A stretch of DNA of 63,215 bases, counting the filler, from Phoronis australis (lineage: Eukaryota; Animalia; Phoronida), in NCBI GenBank assembly GCA_002633005.1. It is 5 parts of 5 records of this genome, joined end to end, with 100 filler letters (N's around TTAATTAATTAA, not from the genome) between each part and the next. Parts side by side here need not be neighbours in the genome. Positions count along the whole stretch, not along the records: positions 1 to 25,230 come from NMRA01000023.1; 4 more parts are not named here. The stretch is one strand, 5' to 3'. Positions 1-14,550 of this stretch are shown in pieces. Position 1 is the stretch's first letter. Every line of letters begins with the position of its first letter. The notes under the pieces are model-generated. The model did no database searches and was not told the origin of the DNA. It was given only the letters and a program-made list of their open reading frames with translations. The position numbers were made by a program, and so were the translations under genes.

Positions 1-165
1 CAGGGTGTATCAAGGGATGTGTGTGTGCCAGGGTGTATCAAGGGGTGTGTGTGTGCCAGGGTGTATCAAGGGATGTGTGTGTGCCAGGGTGTATCAAGGG
101 GGGGTTTGTGCATGTCACGGTGTATCAAAGGGTGTGTGCATGTCGGGTGTATCAAAGGGTGCATG
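1..165. repeat. 28-bp minisatellite (CAGGGTGTATCAAGGGATGTGTGTGTGC), about 6 copies, last ones degenerate
   Basis: Units start at 1, 29, 57, 85. The repeat explains ORFs 5..199 and 19..246. Confidence 0.9.
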
Positions 166-818
166 CAAGTCACAGCATATCAATCTAAAATACCAGTAGA
201 TTGCAAGGATGTGAGTTCTAAGCATAGTAGTTGTGGATTGGATTGAATGCTAGCCAGAGCTGTAGTTTACTTTTTCGACCCAGAGACAAAAGTTTCTACT
301 AAATTCCATACTTACATGAGTCTTTTATGCATAAAAAGTAAAAAAGTCAATCAATGAAGACACACATTACATAGCATTTCAAGGAGAGATTCAGCGATGA
401 GAGCATGATCGATATAGTGAGCTTACTGAGAAAAAAATTGTCAACTTTGCAAGACTTGGCCAATAGGGAACCCCACGTTGAGGGGTCCATATGAGTCACA
501 ATCAGGTGATCAGCACGATGGACCCAGTCGTGTGGCCAGATAAGTATGCCTTGTGCACCACAATAAGACCACCTGAGTACTCGGCACATATAACTGGTGC
601 ACTATGTTTCTCACCCAATAAGCAAAAATTGTCGGTTATACTGGTCCCGCACTTTGGGCACAAGCTTTTGATGTCCATTATTCAGTTGAGGAAACTGGTT
701 CTAAAAAGCGGACCATTGTAACTGATCATTACCCAAGAGAGTGTAAATATGCACTTTATTTAAAAGATACAATTTACAATGATCTAATCTACCTTTCAGC
801 TATTTCCAGGATCCTTAA

Positions 819-2125
819 GGTTATCTCAAACCTTATTTAGTGGCCTCCATTCTAATTCATAAATCAAAAAACTAAGCTTTATTAACTAGTAAAAGTGTAC
901 ATTTTCTGAAAGAAAAAAGATCAGGGAATATACAGATATCTTTTGTATTTATGTACCGTTATTGTTATTACCTTAACACCTTTTTAAAAAGGTACAATCA
1001 TAGAAAAATAACACCTCGGTCGATTTTAACAAAATCTTTTTTAAATGAAAACTTCACCAGTTACTTCAAAAACAATGTTAAATTTTTTTTATTATTTTTT
1101 CGTTTGGTTTCTACGACAAACAAATCAAATCGCAAAACAAAGTATTTTTGTAAAAAATAGAAGTCATATTCATTTTTATATCGAAAATCCTAACAGTGTT
1201 TTTGAAATTGATGATTAAATATTAAGTTTAGAAAGAACGTTTCAGCAAAATCCACCAAGCCGTTTTCAAGAACTTGTGTTCCTAAGTTCAAATTAAGTCA
1301 ATTTGTCGAAGCCGAGAAAAAAACGATTAAACTGGGACGAGTGGAAATCTCAAGTCTTCGGTTAATTATTCGGTGAATCTTGTTTTCGGTCAATATAACC
1401 TATACATGTCTTAACTATAATGGCTACTTCAAAATTCACTTGCAATGTCAACTGAATTTGCAGTCCTTAATCAACTTAATTATATTAAAACATACTGTCC
1501 CTAGCCAAGGGGTGGGATCAAATGTTCCTGTTGTTATACATAGTCCATACACGTCACGTGCCGGGAGACTGATACAAAAACAAGTAACAAATCAAAAACA
1601 GAAAATCTAGTCGCTAGCTCGATAGCGAAACAGCAATATGTCAAACTACTCATTGAATTAAGGAATTTGGGTGAGGATTTATCTCTTTTCACAACTTGCT
1701 GTGTTTGTGACCAAAGAGCGTAAGGCGACTTGTAGCCCTCGTTCTCAACGGTCGTCATGCACGTATACGCAAAACGTTTTGTCTTTGTTTTCCCCGGCAC
1801 CATTCTATCATTTGTACACCTCGTTGACTCAATATTATAACAACTCGGTGAATGAAAGGACTGAGTGTACATACAAAGCTGTTCTATACCTGGCAGGAGA
1901 TTCGATTTGAGTGATAGTCTTATAACCTTTGACCTCGGATAAGTAGTTAACAAATATCCATGCAGTTGTGCGGTTTCAAGGTGGTTGTACTAAATCTTTT
2001 TTTCTCGCTACACGGTATATATTTTGTATTTGAAAGTCCCTGAGAATGAAGATAAGGTATTTTGCTAGACACATGTGAAATATTGTAAAAATGGCCAATT
2101 TTTGTGAATAAGGTTTGAGATAACC
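819..2125. mobile_element. Non-autonomous DNA transposon, Kolobok-like (TTAA target)
   Basis: Perfect 19-bp terminal inverted repeat (TIR) GGTTATCTCAAACCTTATT...AATAAGGTTTGAGATAACC, with TTAA on both sides (815-818, 2126-2129). GG termini favour Kolobok over piggyBac. Confidence 0.8.
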
Positions 2126-2443
2126 TTAAAGCTACAATATTTACTTATACAGTTAATGCCAAGAGTAATCTGACAACATGTCACAAGGTGTAATGACCCC
2201 TTATAACCCGTCATGACGGGTCATTCTAAATATTCTTTTAGTGAGTTGTACTCAGCTGCATGGCAGGGAATTTCCTTTGAGCTCATGGTCATCACCATGC
2301 AGAATTCTGTGTCGATTGTTTTTGGATTGTACTGTATTTCTACTCATATTGAAAGCAACTATTAATGATTTGCATCCTAATTTAAAATAAATAACGTCAA
2401 AGATTTTCGTTTGATGCCACTGAAAGTTATATATGCGACTCAC

Positions 2444-2785
2444 CATAGACTAGTAGCCTGTAGGTGACATTGTTGGAGTCTGTGTCCGACCTTCCATCCA
2501 TAAAGACCAACTCACACGTATATACACCTGCATCTGAGTGCTGAATGTTACTGATGTTGATGGCCGACGGTAGAATGTGGTGAATTCGACCGACATATCG
2601 TGCGTTAATGAATGGTTCCTCATTCTCAATTGACATGAAGACAGGTATGGTAGTGGCATGGTGGAGCCACTTGAGGATGAACTTGACAGGAACACCACCA
2701 GGGTAGTAAACAGGGCAGGGCAAATGGACAGACTGGCCGACTGACACCTTGAGTTCAGTCACACTTCTCTTAGTGATGGCGTGAC
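2444..2785 (-). CDS. Internal exon encoding an Ig V-type domain, similar to the first Ig domain of Turtle/IGSF9-like adhesion proteins
   Basis: TTGCAG acceptor and GTGAGT donor, 342 nt, phase 1-1. Translation GQSVHLPC...LKW...RYVGRI...SAINISNIQHSDAGVYTCEL has the canonical Ig C, W and DxGxYxC. Family call is from recalled similarity. Confidence 0.8.
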
Positions 2786-3307
2786 CTGCAACCAGAAAAT
2801 TGAATATTAGTCGTCCCCTCGGCACTGTTGCTATTTCTATTTACACACTGCTCACTGTACAATTTTAAACTTAAGCGTGCAAGAATAGAAGTGGCAATTG
2901 ACTGTCAAATGAAAGCGAGATCTTAATCAGTATTTGGAGCGACATCTCTTGTTTAGCACGATAGAATGTCAAGTTAAGATGGTGGAATGTTAGGCCAGTC
3001 TAGTGAGAAAGGGGACAATTTGGTACGGTAGATTATCACGCTGATCTAAAATATGTTCCCACCACAAACTAGTCCAGACTAATTCTAATAGGAACGGGAA
3101 CGAGAACGGAAACGGAAACGCAGCTTGTGTAACTAAACACACCATAACAAAGGGTTTAAGGTCCTGGCTGAGAAGATAATTGTATAACAACCCCTGTGGG
3201 TCGGTGAATAGAGGAGCCCCCCCCCCACCCCCCGAATGAAACAAGCTGAGATGGGGATGCTATAGCACAGATTGAGGAACAGGAGGACATTTCATCTTCA
3301 TTGTTTT

Positions 3308-3629
3308 CACAAAAGATTAGTAGCACCAAATAAATGCTAAATCATACTTAGAGATCTATACCATAGCTTCCATTTAACAATGATTGCACAAAAGATTAGT
3401 AGCACCAAATAAATACTAAATCATACTTAGAGATCTATACCATAGCTTCCATTTAACAATGATTGCACAAAAGATTAGTAGCACCAAATAAATACTAAAT
3501 CATACTTAGAGATCTATACCATAGCTTCCATTTAACAATGATTGCACAAAAGATTAGTAGCACCAAATAAATACTAAATCATACTTCGAGATCTATACCA
3601 TAGCTTCCATTTAACAATGATTGCACAAA
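3308..3629. repeat. 79-bp tandem repeat, 4 near-identical copies
   Basis: CACAAAAGATTAGTAGCACC... starts at 3308, 3387, 3466, 3545. Confidence 0.95.
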
Positions 3630-3959
3630 TTCACAACACTGTTATCAGTTTCTGAAAATGAAAAATTGGCAATTTTTGTCCGAAATTGGTGATTTTACCA
3701 TACACAACTAACCTGCTAACATTACAATTTAAGATTAATTTTGTGATATCTTTGAAAGCAAGGCTTTTTGTTTGTGGAATTGAAACAATGCACAGGAAAA
3801 TTTGTTTTGTTTAAATTTTGATTTTTGTTCTCTGATAAAACCACAGAAAACTAAAAGTATCAAAGTGCGTTTGAAAAATTTTTATTAGCAAAAAATTAAA
3901 GTTTTTGACCACCGCTCTTCAGTCAAATGTGTCTGCTGGTTGATATCCTAAAAGTGGTA

Positions 3960-4190
3960 AGTCTTCACTTATTTAGCACACAACATGGCTGACATGTGAA
4001 ATTCTGGTTTGTCAAATTTCTCCATATAAAGATTGCAAAAATTTTTGTCTATTACAAACATGGTTTGTACAGTGTAGATTTTATAAAACAACATTTACTG
4101 GTCGTCAAGTTTCCTTTGTTTTCAGAAAGGTTATCATCCTTTGAAAAAATGGAAAATGACAATTTTGGCAATTATTTTTGTGTGAAATAC
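3960..4190. mobile_element. Dispersed MITE-like family of about 220 bp (other copies near 9898-10130, 13235-13445, 34770-34997; partial reverse copy near 11080-11150)
   Basis: Shared TCTTCACTTATTTAGCACAC left end and GAAAATGACAATTTTGGCAATTATTTTTGTG right end. The ends are inverted copies (e.g. TTTTTGTGCAAAATAAGTGAAGA near 13420-13443). Confidence 0.55.
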
Positions 4191-7107
4191 TGCACATGCA
4201 ATTTAACTACCAAAACAGATTTGTAAGTTCACAATATGGACACATAAAACAAAAAGTTACGGACACATAAAAATCTTGAAAACTAACCAAAAATTGCATC
4301 AGAAAGTCAATAAAATAATTGTGTTTTATTTTGTGCACTGATATACCTTGGCTGTGTTCAAATAAAATGACTTTAGTCATTGACTTAACTTACGGTTAGA
4401 CCTATTAATAGTACAGAGCAAGGATGGTTCAGCTCACCCTATGCACTAATAGATGAGAGATGAACATGATTAACAACATGATTGAACAACCTCAATATTC
4501 CCATAAGGCATGAGCACACCAGCTCTATCTATTGTGATAGTGACAAACTAAACTCCAGTCAACACTTTTGTAGACAACCACAGTTCAAAGAAAGATGCAT
4601 CCTTAGTTTAGCAAGGCTAGTATCTTGAGAGATAATGGGGTAGAAACGGTTACATGCCCGCACCTTAAAATGCAGTACCAAAACCCAGACCCATGACTAC
4701 TCATGTGCCAAAAATGCCCCAGGCAGCCCAGTGACCAACCATCATGCTCATACCTGAGGATTCATCACTCGCAATGGTCAACGGAACTGGAATTACGTCC
4801 CCGGGACAGGAGTTTGGTCATTGGGTAGGGAGCATTTTTGGTGGGTGTGTAGAGTTTAAGGCTACGAATCAGGGGATTTGTACCATAACTATTGTGTTTG
4901 CTGGTCCAGGACTGAGGTTTTGGGGAGTCACAGTTATATTGACAATGGAATCATTTCAACCCTGTGATGTATCACCATGTACTTAAAGCGGAATGTGTAA
5001 TCTCAATAGCCTGTGACTCGGGGTATTGAAAACTTACAGTCCACAATAACCGTACTCCTGCACTCTGGACACAGAACCAGTGACTAAATTTTAGACACTG
5101 GTCCACGGCATCTAGCAGCTCAAGATTTGAGATAACTACAAAAGTTCAATCCGGCAGTCTCCAACTTAGGCCTGGGAGACACTGCAACATAATTTTGACA
5201 GGGAGTGCAGCAGAAAAATTAGGAGGCGTAACCTGTAGACAGTGAACTTGAATGTCATTTTTAAGGAGCTTCCCCGAGACAAATCTGAATGATGTACTTT
5301 TGATATCATAATACTTCTCCTTGCACATTTTCAGGCTGTCCAAAATGCCTAAAGACATTTACTTGATAAATAAACACTAGCACTTATTATCATACTGACA
5401 TCTGGTCAGAACTACCTCCAGCAACCAAATGCAATATTTTAGACTTAAAGGCACACCATCATCTTGTAAATATTTGTTATCAAAAGCAATGCCAGGTTCT
5501 CATTTTTGGCTTTGAAACCTCTTGCTTCATTTTCTCATAAATTTTCACTTTGCCACACTATTTTTGAGCAGACTCATCACACATTGTTTAGCAGTTCTAG
5601 TTATACTGAATGCCAAATAGGTCTCGCCACCTGGTGAGTATCAATGAAGACATGTAAGGTTCAACAAATGAGTGGTGTTTCAGGAACAAAAGCACTTTAG
5701 GAGAGTGACTATGGTGAACTCTCACTAATTTAGGGCACAATATGGCAAATACTCGGTAAGCGAAATTATATTTTCTCATTTTTCCATAAAAGATGTTTCG
5801 GATCAAGTTTTTGCTTCACCGTGTTCATGTTTTGTATAAAAACTACCATCAGACAACATTTTGAAAAACTGTGGGCATAACAGTGTTAGACGACCTTGAA
5901 AAATGAAAAAATGGTTGTTTTGGTGATTATTTTTGGGCAAAATTGGTGAGATGTTACTATACCTGAAAAACTCCATACAAATACATCTATTTTCAGCCCA
6001 TTCCTTAAATTGGTGGAAAGCCCAATGTGCCCGGAGCCCCCCCCCCTCCCCTCCCCTTTCGTGCATCTTCACCTAATGTTTGAAAATTTCCTACACAGGC
6101 AAGTTTCTGCAAGATGACAAAAACAAAGAACTAATCAAAATTTAGAAAGATAATTCATTGACGACTAATGACCTTGAACTTACACACACACTTGGCAGTG
6201 TTACCCTAAAGGTCCACAGGAACTAGACAAACTACAAAGAAACTAATAAAACCCTCAATCTAATACTAAAACAGAGCACTGTTGATTGAGAGCTCTAACT
6301 GTGTGATTAATACAATTTGCTGCCAGTCATTCTGCATTATAACTCGACTAGGAATACTAAAACTTTTCAGTGTCTTGAACTATGTTGAAAAAATTCAATT
6401 ACTTGCACATTTCGTGGCAAGTGATAATTAAAATGCGTGTGTAATCACCACTTCCTATTCAGAGTCACAATGTTTACCACATTAATGCAACAACCAATAT
6501 TCTCGAAAAGATTAAGTGTACAAGAGACGTGTTTTCACTGTTTTCTGATCAATTTCAAAGTGCACAAGACATTTTCACCATTTTCTGATCAATTTCAGTG
6601 ATGTAAAACTGCACCTATATCAAATCTTAATGGTTTTGCTTTTAAGGGTCTTGTGTGACTGGAAGCACCCTTTCAACTACAAAAGGATAGTGTTTCTAGA
6701 ACAAAATCAATTGAAACATATGCTTTTTTATGAACCCTCCCTAGAAATGGGTCTTCTGTTTTCGAGTCCACTCTCAATCGTTGGAAACCCTAATTTCCAC
6801 TTACACCCCCATCAAAAATATTGCCCGGGTTTCCAGGTTTTTGATACTCTCATTTGTTCCAGCGTAATACAGAAGATATGAAATATCAGTTGTGTGTTTA
6901 CTGAAAATTACTTCAGTGATTTTTAAGTTTACATGTTTTGTTTAAAGGTGCATTATCACTTTTTGGCCGAAAATCGCATTTTTGGGATTACTGTTGGATG
7001 GAATAGAATTCTTCTTTGACTAAAGATGTAAAACCATGTGTTTAGTGATTTTATACAAACCTTCAATTCTCGCCAATGTCTGCCTACCATTGACTGAAAC
7101 CAAGGCC

Positions 7108-7292
7108 GGTGATTTTATGAGCTTACAATACTTTGTCATAGGTATATCGATTGGGACTTGGTGATTTTATGAGTTTACCTCTGCCATATATCGAGCAGGA
7201 TTTTGGTGATTTTATTAGCTTATCTCTGCCGTATATCGAGTGGGATTTGTAGATTTTATGAGCTTACCTCTGCCATATATCGAGTGGGATTT
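7108..7292. repeat. Degenerate tandem repeat of about 45 bp, 4 copies
   Basis: Recurring GATTTTATGAGCTTACCTCTGCCATATATCGAGTGGGA-like unit. Confidence 0.8.
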
Positions 7293-8225
7293 GGCTAAGC
7301 CAGCAGAGCATAAGGCTGTGACTGCGGGGTTGTAGGATTAAATCTGCGCTGCCTCTCATCTCACAAAAATAACCTTTCTTACCCATAACAACGCAACCAA
7401 TACAGTAAGACACGAAGCCTTGTATATACATTTATATTTTGTAAAAGATCCAACCCAAAACGTGAAGCGTAGTACACAGAATTAAATCAGAAAATATCCT
7501 TTAATGAATAATCTGGCTAGGTAAAAGTTTTGCACACCTTTAGAGCACCACATTTCATTCATCTATTTAACCTTCCAAATAGGAGTTTTCATTCCCATGA
7601 GGCAAACGGAATAGATATGGTAATCTGTCACAGTCTCTAAAATTTGGGACACCAAAATTCAAGCCGAAATCGAATTTTCTTGATTCTGTGATTTCGACGT
7701 CCATTTTATATCTGAAATATTCGACACCATACTTTGAATCAACAGAGTGCAAAAATATATTTGGCATTTAATAAATTCGTTGAAAATGACCACTGAAGCA
7801 AGGTTTTCAAGAGTTTCCACAGTGTGTATCATTAAGGTGCGTGACCATTAGACATTGATCATAATTCCTTAACACCAATACTGCATATATCTAAAATTTA
7901 GTACAAACTACTGACCTTGAGCAAATAATATTTTTTTTTAACTGTCCCAAACTGGAGAATTTTTACAGTAACTACCGGTATATCCTTATCCATTATTACC
8001 AGACTAGGAAATGGATGTATCAGTCTTGCAGGAAATGTAAATTAATTATCTATAGGACTGCATTGATTGACACACATTCTAGGGCCACTAGATTGAATGC
8101 CAGTAATGTTATACGGATAAAGGCAGGTAATTATTAACAACAATACATGTGTGTAATGCTAATAAGGATAGGGTGTGTACCTGTCTGTCTCAGTGTGCCT
8201 ACTTGCATGCCTGAGTATGGCTACT

Positions 8226-8310
8226 TGAGTGTGTGTGACTTGAGTGTGTGTGTGTGTAAGTGTGTGTGTGAGTGTGTAAGTGAGTGTGTGAGTGTGTGAG
8301 TGTGTGTGTG
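8226..8310. repeat. Imperfect (TG)n microsatellite
   Basis: Run of GT dinucleotides with GA interruptions. Confidence 0.9.
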
Positions 8311-11300
8311 CGCGAGCGCGCCTGCATGCGTGTATAAGGTGAACCCCAGGGCAGCCTTTAAAATTATCATCCCCGAGCAACTGAACGATTTCCTAAGGTT
8401 ATGTAGAACCCGACAAAAATGTCCAAATTTGACTAACTTCAGAGCATCGTATTTCAAAAATGGCTGATGGCATCAAGATGAAACTTTCAGATATTACGCT
8501 CACTGTTCTTCAAAACAATTATTTTTAAATTGCTCCACCTTTGCATGAGTTGCTGTCAAAAATAGAAATTAAGGAATTCCTTGAAAAAATCTAGTTTCCC
8601 AAACTGAAAACGAAATATTTTAGAAAACTGCATTTTTAAGGTCTCATCTTAAAGATTTAATAACAATAAATAAAATCTGATCGCACTATTGATACCATTG
8701 TTTTTCCATGATTATGTTTGTGGAGAACGATGCTGTACAACTTCTGCCTGAGTAAATCCTCACTGAGTTTTAACAACCAGAAAAAAGCAGAAAATACAAG
8801 AAAGGTCGCTGACCCTAACAACATAATTTCTCAAAGTTCAAGCTTAAGAAACCCAGAGTCAATGTTTAGTAGAAAAAAAATCCTTGTCTGTTGTTAGTGT
8901 GGTGCAATACACGTGACAGAAATGTAGTAGCAGAAAAGGGACCTCCCCAAGGCCATGAATTGATTTGCACTTAGTGGAATTCATAAAAGCATGTCTTACT
9001 AATTTGCTTGATTTAACTTAATGATGACAGATTAAAGGAGTATCAAAATTTTATTCTAAATTGTCTATTGTACATGAAAGAGGTAATTTTAGAAACATTC
9101 TTGAAAAGTTTGCTATGAAAAGAGTAGTGAATAGATGAATAGTGTTGTTATGGTAACAAGAGTTGGGTAATGACATTTGGATTGGTTGTGATGAGACCTG
9201 TAACATGGCCATTTTTGAGCCAATGTGGGGTACACAATGTGGGGTACACATTCACACGGCCCTCTTTGTGAAGACACTGATTATATAGTTCTTGCTTGAT
9301 AGCATAAATTATTTGTAAGATATATAGATAGGTAAACATATTCAATTATGTGATAAAAATGATTTTCCAAAATTGTCGTTTTTATATAATTCACTTGTCA
9401 AAAGTTAACTGCATTGCTACATATATGGTTACAACTAAAAGGTTACCAAAGGTTTTTTATAAGAGCTCAGTTTCAAAGTGAACTCTTTTTCATGATTCAA
9501 TAGTTTACTGGAAAATTTTTACAAAATAAATTTCCATTCTTCCATAACACTGTCTGTAAAAAACTAAAAAAATGTCCCATACTGTTGAAATATTTCAAAG
9601 AGTCACACCCCTTATGCTGTTGCTGATCTACAATACCTGGCTTACAGCCCACCACTGAAATTTACAAATTTTCACTTTTAAACGCCCAAGTTCGACTTAG
9701 CACACATCCCTAGTTTACATGATCGAGACTCCTTTAAATGTGCTAGTGTATTTGAGAATCCCACCGTAATGACGAAAATTCCAAACACTCATATTGGCTC
9801 AGCAGTGCCCTCTTCCAATTTTCACGATCACATTTCTCAAATATGCCAGTGTCTCTGAACACCATCTCACCCGAATTTTACCTCCAAAATACACACTAAT
9901 TCTTCACCAAATACACACAATATGGCCAGTGAGCGAACTCCCATTTAACAAATTCTTCCACAATAATAAAGATTTGGAAAATTTTAGTTTATTACTATCA
10001 TGTGTGGTACTGAATGGACACCATAAAACAACTTTCGGTAAACTTTCCATTATTTGCAATAAAGAATTCAGCCTTTGGAAAATGGAAAACAATAATTTTG
10101 GCAATTATTGTTGTGCAAAATAAATAGAGAATTACAACTCATAACAAAGAAGTCAGTTTCAGCGACAATGTGTCAATCACCAGCAGAAGAAGACGCTCAC
10201 TATCGTTCGTTACATCATGCGTGGGTGTTCATTGAAACACTGAAGTTCGGTCAATCAGTGGAACCCAACAACCACATTAAGTTTCTGATGGCTCAACAGA
10301 GCTTCGACTTTGAAAGGGTGATTTCCAAGACTGTCGCTAAAAACTCATGTTTTCAAATATATCACCGCATTGCAAAATGTCATACCACAGAATTTTATGA
10401 AACTCGAATGGCAGTCCACTTACAGACTATCAGTAAGTACTGTTTCAGATCAGTGAACACAAATACATTTTGTTTCTTTCATAAAAACACTGACGATTCA
10501 TTGCAGGTGTGATTAATTGTTCAATTCAAATCTGTGTCAACCCGGGAGATAAATATAGCAAAATCAAGAGCTCCATGTGTGCAACTTATTTGTGCAAATA
10601 ACTTCACTGTCCGATCAAGATCATTACTGAACGATGACTTATCTCATAGTAGAAAAACACCAGTTCTATAAAAGTCCATAGAATTGGATTACATTAATAT
10701 AACCAGTTAATAAATTTAAGAAAAAGTAGTTGCAATGCTGAAGTTGTTCCACAAATGCCGGCTAAAAAACTCTATTTTCAAGACTATCCTACGTAATCAT
10801 GTTGTGTTTCCCACATACACAGATGTCCGAGCCTGAGCCAAAGCTGCGAACTAAAGCACAAGTTCAAACTCAAGTTCTGTTCGGTAACTGGGGATGACAG
10901 ACTACACAAGAAGTTGAAATTTGTGCAAAGTGGGGATGGACGATTACCCGAACAATTGGCGCTTACATAAAAAATTGGCAAAAGTCGAGGGTGTACGATT
11001 ACCCGGGCATGGGCATTAACCTGTGAGTTTACAGTATGTCATCTACACAGTACAAATCATGCTAGTAACAGAATAATAATTTTTGTAGAGAAATTTGACA
11101 AGATAAAATTTCACGTGTTGGCAATATTATGTGCTAAATAACTGAAGAATCGCCATTGTAGAATCAACGTGTTACTCTGGAATGTAAGCACATCAAAGCG
11201 AAATTCCGTTTCCTTTCCATTCATGAGAGGGCCATTGAAGATATTGATGTGTCAAGTGCCACATAACAAGTGTCAAGTACCCAAATCTAATTAATCAACA

Positions 11301-11534
11301 CTTGCAAACTTATTATGCAATTGGCTGCATATACTTATTACATAATTAGCAGACTAAACACGGTCGGTCATTCGGTGCAAGGTTGGTCAAATCAATGAAT
11401 CCTTGATCAACGTTCTAAGTCGTTATGAATACCACCCACAGAGCTTTGAACCATCCGCCAAAGAACAATAAATGATGGTCATTGGTCAATTATTTAGAAT
11501 TACCCAAACAATAATGAAAGCTCAACAACCAAAA

Positions 11535-12015
11535 GGCTCTTTCACACTAACGTTGACGCATCCATGTTTTGGTGAGCTGCGGTCAGTATGAACGGTTAAC
11601 ATTGGCCTGGGATAGAAGTTAACATTGTCAGTTAACTTCAAAGTAAAAAGGTGTATTTAACAGCGGAGCTCCGATGCTCCAGTGCGGTATGAACGGTCAA
11701 CTTTGGTCCCATTGAAGTTATTGCCAGAGGCCACTGTTATCGTCAACAATTAAAGGACAGTGTTATTACTTGCTTGAATAATGTCAATTGAATTAGAAAT
11801 AAGTTTTATGTCAATTAGCACATGTAAATGTTCCCAAATTGTCACATCACAAAAATCTTAGTGTGCACCCGAGGCATGAGCGCTACCTTACTATTCCTAC
11901 CGTTCCTAACTTCGATGTTCAATAACCATCAAAGCCGGTATGAACAGTTCAGTTAACTTAGCAGTTTAGGTTGACACTCTGCTCAGACTTGCCGTTGAGT
12001 CAGTATGAAAGAGCC
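11535..12015. mobile_element. MITE, PIF/Harbinger-like
   Basis: TIR GGCTCTTTCACACT...AGTATGAAAGAGCC, plus internal repeats of GTATGAAC(G/A)GT. Confidence 0.6.
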
Positions 12016-12539
12016 TGAAGAAAATTGAGAATGAAAGCACTGGTCCTAACTCAACTTGACGAAACCAAACAAACAATTCAAATACTGCAGCACAACAGAA
12101 TCCAATAACTTGATATTTCAATCATATCCATCAGCAACCACGCAAGAACGTCACAAGATAAAACTTAAATCTGCATTTTGCCAACTATAAAATTGCGATT
12201 TGGCACAAGGAAACCATAAGCAGGTGATAATGGAAGTAGAATCCTAATCCTAATCCAGTAAGGAATATTACAAGACTGACTTGAAGAGAGTAAAAGGCCT
12301 AATTTAATTTCCGTTTTTAACTAGCTTAACGGGGCAAAATGCAGTTTTTAATGTTACATCCACCCAGGGAGTAACAGACCGAGATCCATATGAGCAGCCA
12401 GGGGACGCTACAACTGCGTATGCACTTCCTGCTGGTGCGAAGGGAGGGAATTTGTAACGACCAGGACAGATTGTTTAAGAGAAAATGTTAGGGTCAGCTT
12501 CACACATTTTAGCTCCTCCCACCTAGGTTAACAGGCCAA

Positions 12540-12763
12540 GGGCCCGTTCTAAGAAACCAACTTAAGTTTATTTTTACTTAAGTTTAAGATTTGTTTCAAC
12601 CTCAAAACTTTGAAACTTCCACATCCGGTGAGTTACATCAAACTTGATACAAAATTTAAGTTAAAAATTCAAGATTACTTCCATAGAAGACTTAAAGTTT
12701 AAAATTGACGTAATTTTAAGATTTGTCTTATGTAGGGAAGTCAGTTTTCTTGGAACAGGCCCC
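12540..12763. mobile_element. MITE, PIF/Harbinger-like (related reverse copy near 39693-39920)
   Basis: Imperfect TIR GGGCCCGTTCTAAGAAA...TTTCTTGGAACAGGCCCC. The internal AACTTCCACATCC is shared in reverse with the 39.85 kb copy. Confidence 0.55.
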
Positions 12764-14323
12764 TGAAATATGATCCAAACAAGAATTCATGATGTTCTTG
12801 ACATTTTAAGTGGACAATTAAATGTATTTAATTATAAATAATAAAAGATCAGAAGCAGTGCCTTGCACTGTGCGTTTTTGCAACCTCATCGATAAAGTCT
12901 GTTCCCAAAATAAGAAAAAAGCTCAAATCAACAGTTCCTATTCCTAGCTCCATTTCTTCAACAATGCCAAAGATTTGAAAACATTATGTTCAAAATTTCA
13001 TAGATTCATTCCATGTTTACAGTTAGCAGGCATTTGAAAGGCCTAAACATGTCTGACATTTTGCTATGAAAGAGTGTAACAATGCCATTATTTGGAATGC
13101 ATAACATGTTGAAACTGTTTAGTTTATACAGACATGAATGCTAACAATGATGACTGTGCCAGGTAAATGACCTTACCTTTTTGACATTAAATCTATGCAA
13201 CATTAGTTGAATAACACCCAATTAGTTACGGTACTTTATCACCTATTTAGCACACAGTATGGCCAACAATTTTATTGTGTCATATTACCGTAGGCAACAA
13301 AAATAAGGATTAAGAAAGTTTAGTCCATTATTATCTTGATTTTTACTGTGTATTTGGCACGAAGTAACTTTTGGCAAAGTTAATATAATTTTCAAGATTT
13401 AAAAAAACGAAATGGTGACATTTTTGTGCAAAATAAGTGAAGAACCTCTATTTAACTAAATTATCTTGTCGGTATCAAGACCAAATACATCACTCCTACA
13501 TGGTGTACGAAGAAATCACGGAGAGTCTCCACCTTGCCCCGGACTATTAAGGAAGTTACAAAAGTTAAGTTGTAGTAGTGCGAAAACCAGGTGAATAGAA
13601 CCAAAATAATGGTTTTCAAAGGCATTGTGTGGGAAGCAAACTAAAACACACAAGTTAGCAGTTGGTTTATCAAAGGGACAAAACAGGACACATTATGTGA
13701 CCAAGAAGTTTCCTGATGGACTTTGTATAGGTTGGGAAGAAAATCTCACTGACCCATTGTTGACACAGGGCAGAATAATGTCAGAGGTCATTACACTTTC
13801 AAACAGCCATTAATGATCCATGTAAGTACCTTCCTAATTACCCAATGAGTGCAGCATTCCAAGCTATTTCAATTCTCAACTCTAGTGTAGGGCTTATTAA
13901 CCAATGATCAAATCATTGAGACATGTCCTATCAAAAACTTTAAATTTGGAAATGCACTGAACAACAATAATGGTTATTGGGAGAACCCAAAAGAAGCAGA
14001 GAAGAAAAGATCTATCGTCACCACATACCTCACCATAAACGAGAGAAGTCGATGGACTATTCCAGATTTCTTCTGCCTTCTCACCATTCCCGACTTGAAA
14101 TTATTGCAAAAGTTAACATTTTACTGGGGTTTTTTTGAGTCAGATAAAATCACTAAAAACAGTTTTAAATTCGCACAGCTTTCTCGCAGCTTTACTAACC
14201 AAAATAACCCATGAGCTAACACTTCGATCTGATAGATTCTGGATAGATACAGTCAATTGAGAACATAAAAAGTACTTCTTCAACATCCTCTCATCCAGAA
14301 GTTCTAAACCTACTACATTCAGG

Positions 14324-14550
14324 AGGTACATAAACTAAAGTACCGACCAGTGCTATATACCAAGTTGCAATCCTACCACATGCCAGAGGTACATAAACTA
14401 AAGTACTATAAGAAGTTGTAAATATTCCACAAGCAAGAGGTACATCAACTAAAGTACTATATCAAGTTGTAATCCTACCACATGCAAGAGGTACATACAC
14501 TAAAGTGCTACATCGAGTCGTAAATCTACCACATGCAGCAGGTACATTAA
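14324..14550. repeat. Degenerate tandem repeat of about 51 bp, about 4.5 copies
   Basis: Recurring GAGGTACATAAACTAAAGTAC...CTACCACATGCAA. Confidence 0.8.

Noticed and set aside
5-246. Cys/Gly-rich repetitive ORFs that look like metallothionein or keratin-associated proteins
   Set aside because: They are translations of a 28-bp minisatellite whose unit is not a multiple of 3, and the same peptide appears in two frames.
3308-3629. Regular repeats as a possible CRISPR array
   Set aside because: Head-to-tail copies with no unique spacers, in eukaryotic context with no cas genes. The same applies to the other tandem repeats.
13940-14090. Hydrophobic minus-strand stretch as the signal-peptide exon of the Ig gene
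   Set aside because: The hydrophobic frame has no ATG or phase-1 donor, and the ATG frame meets its donor in phase 2.
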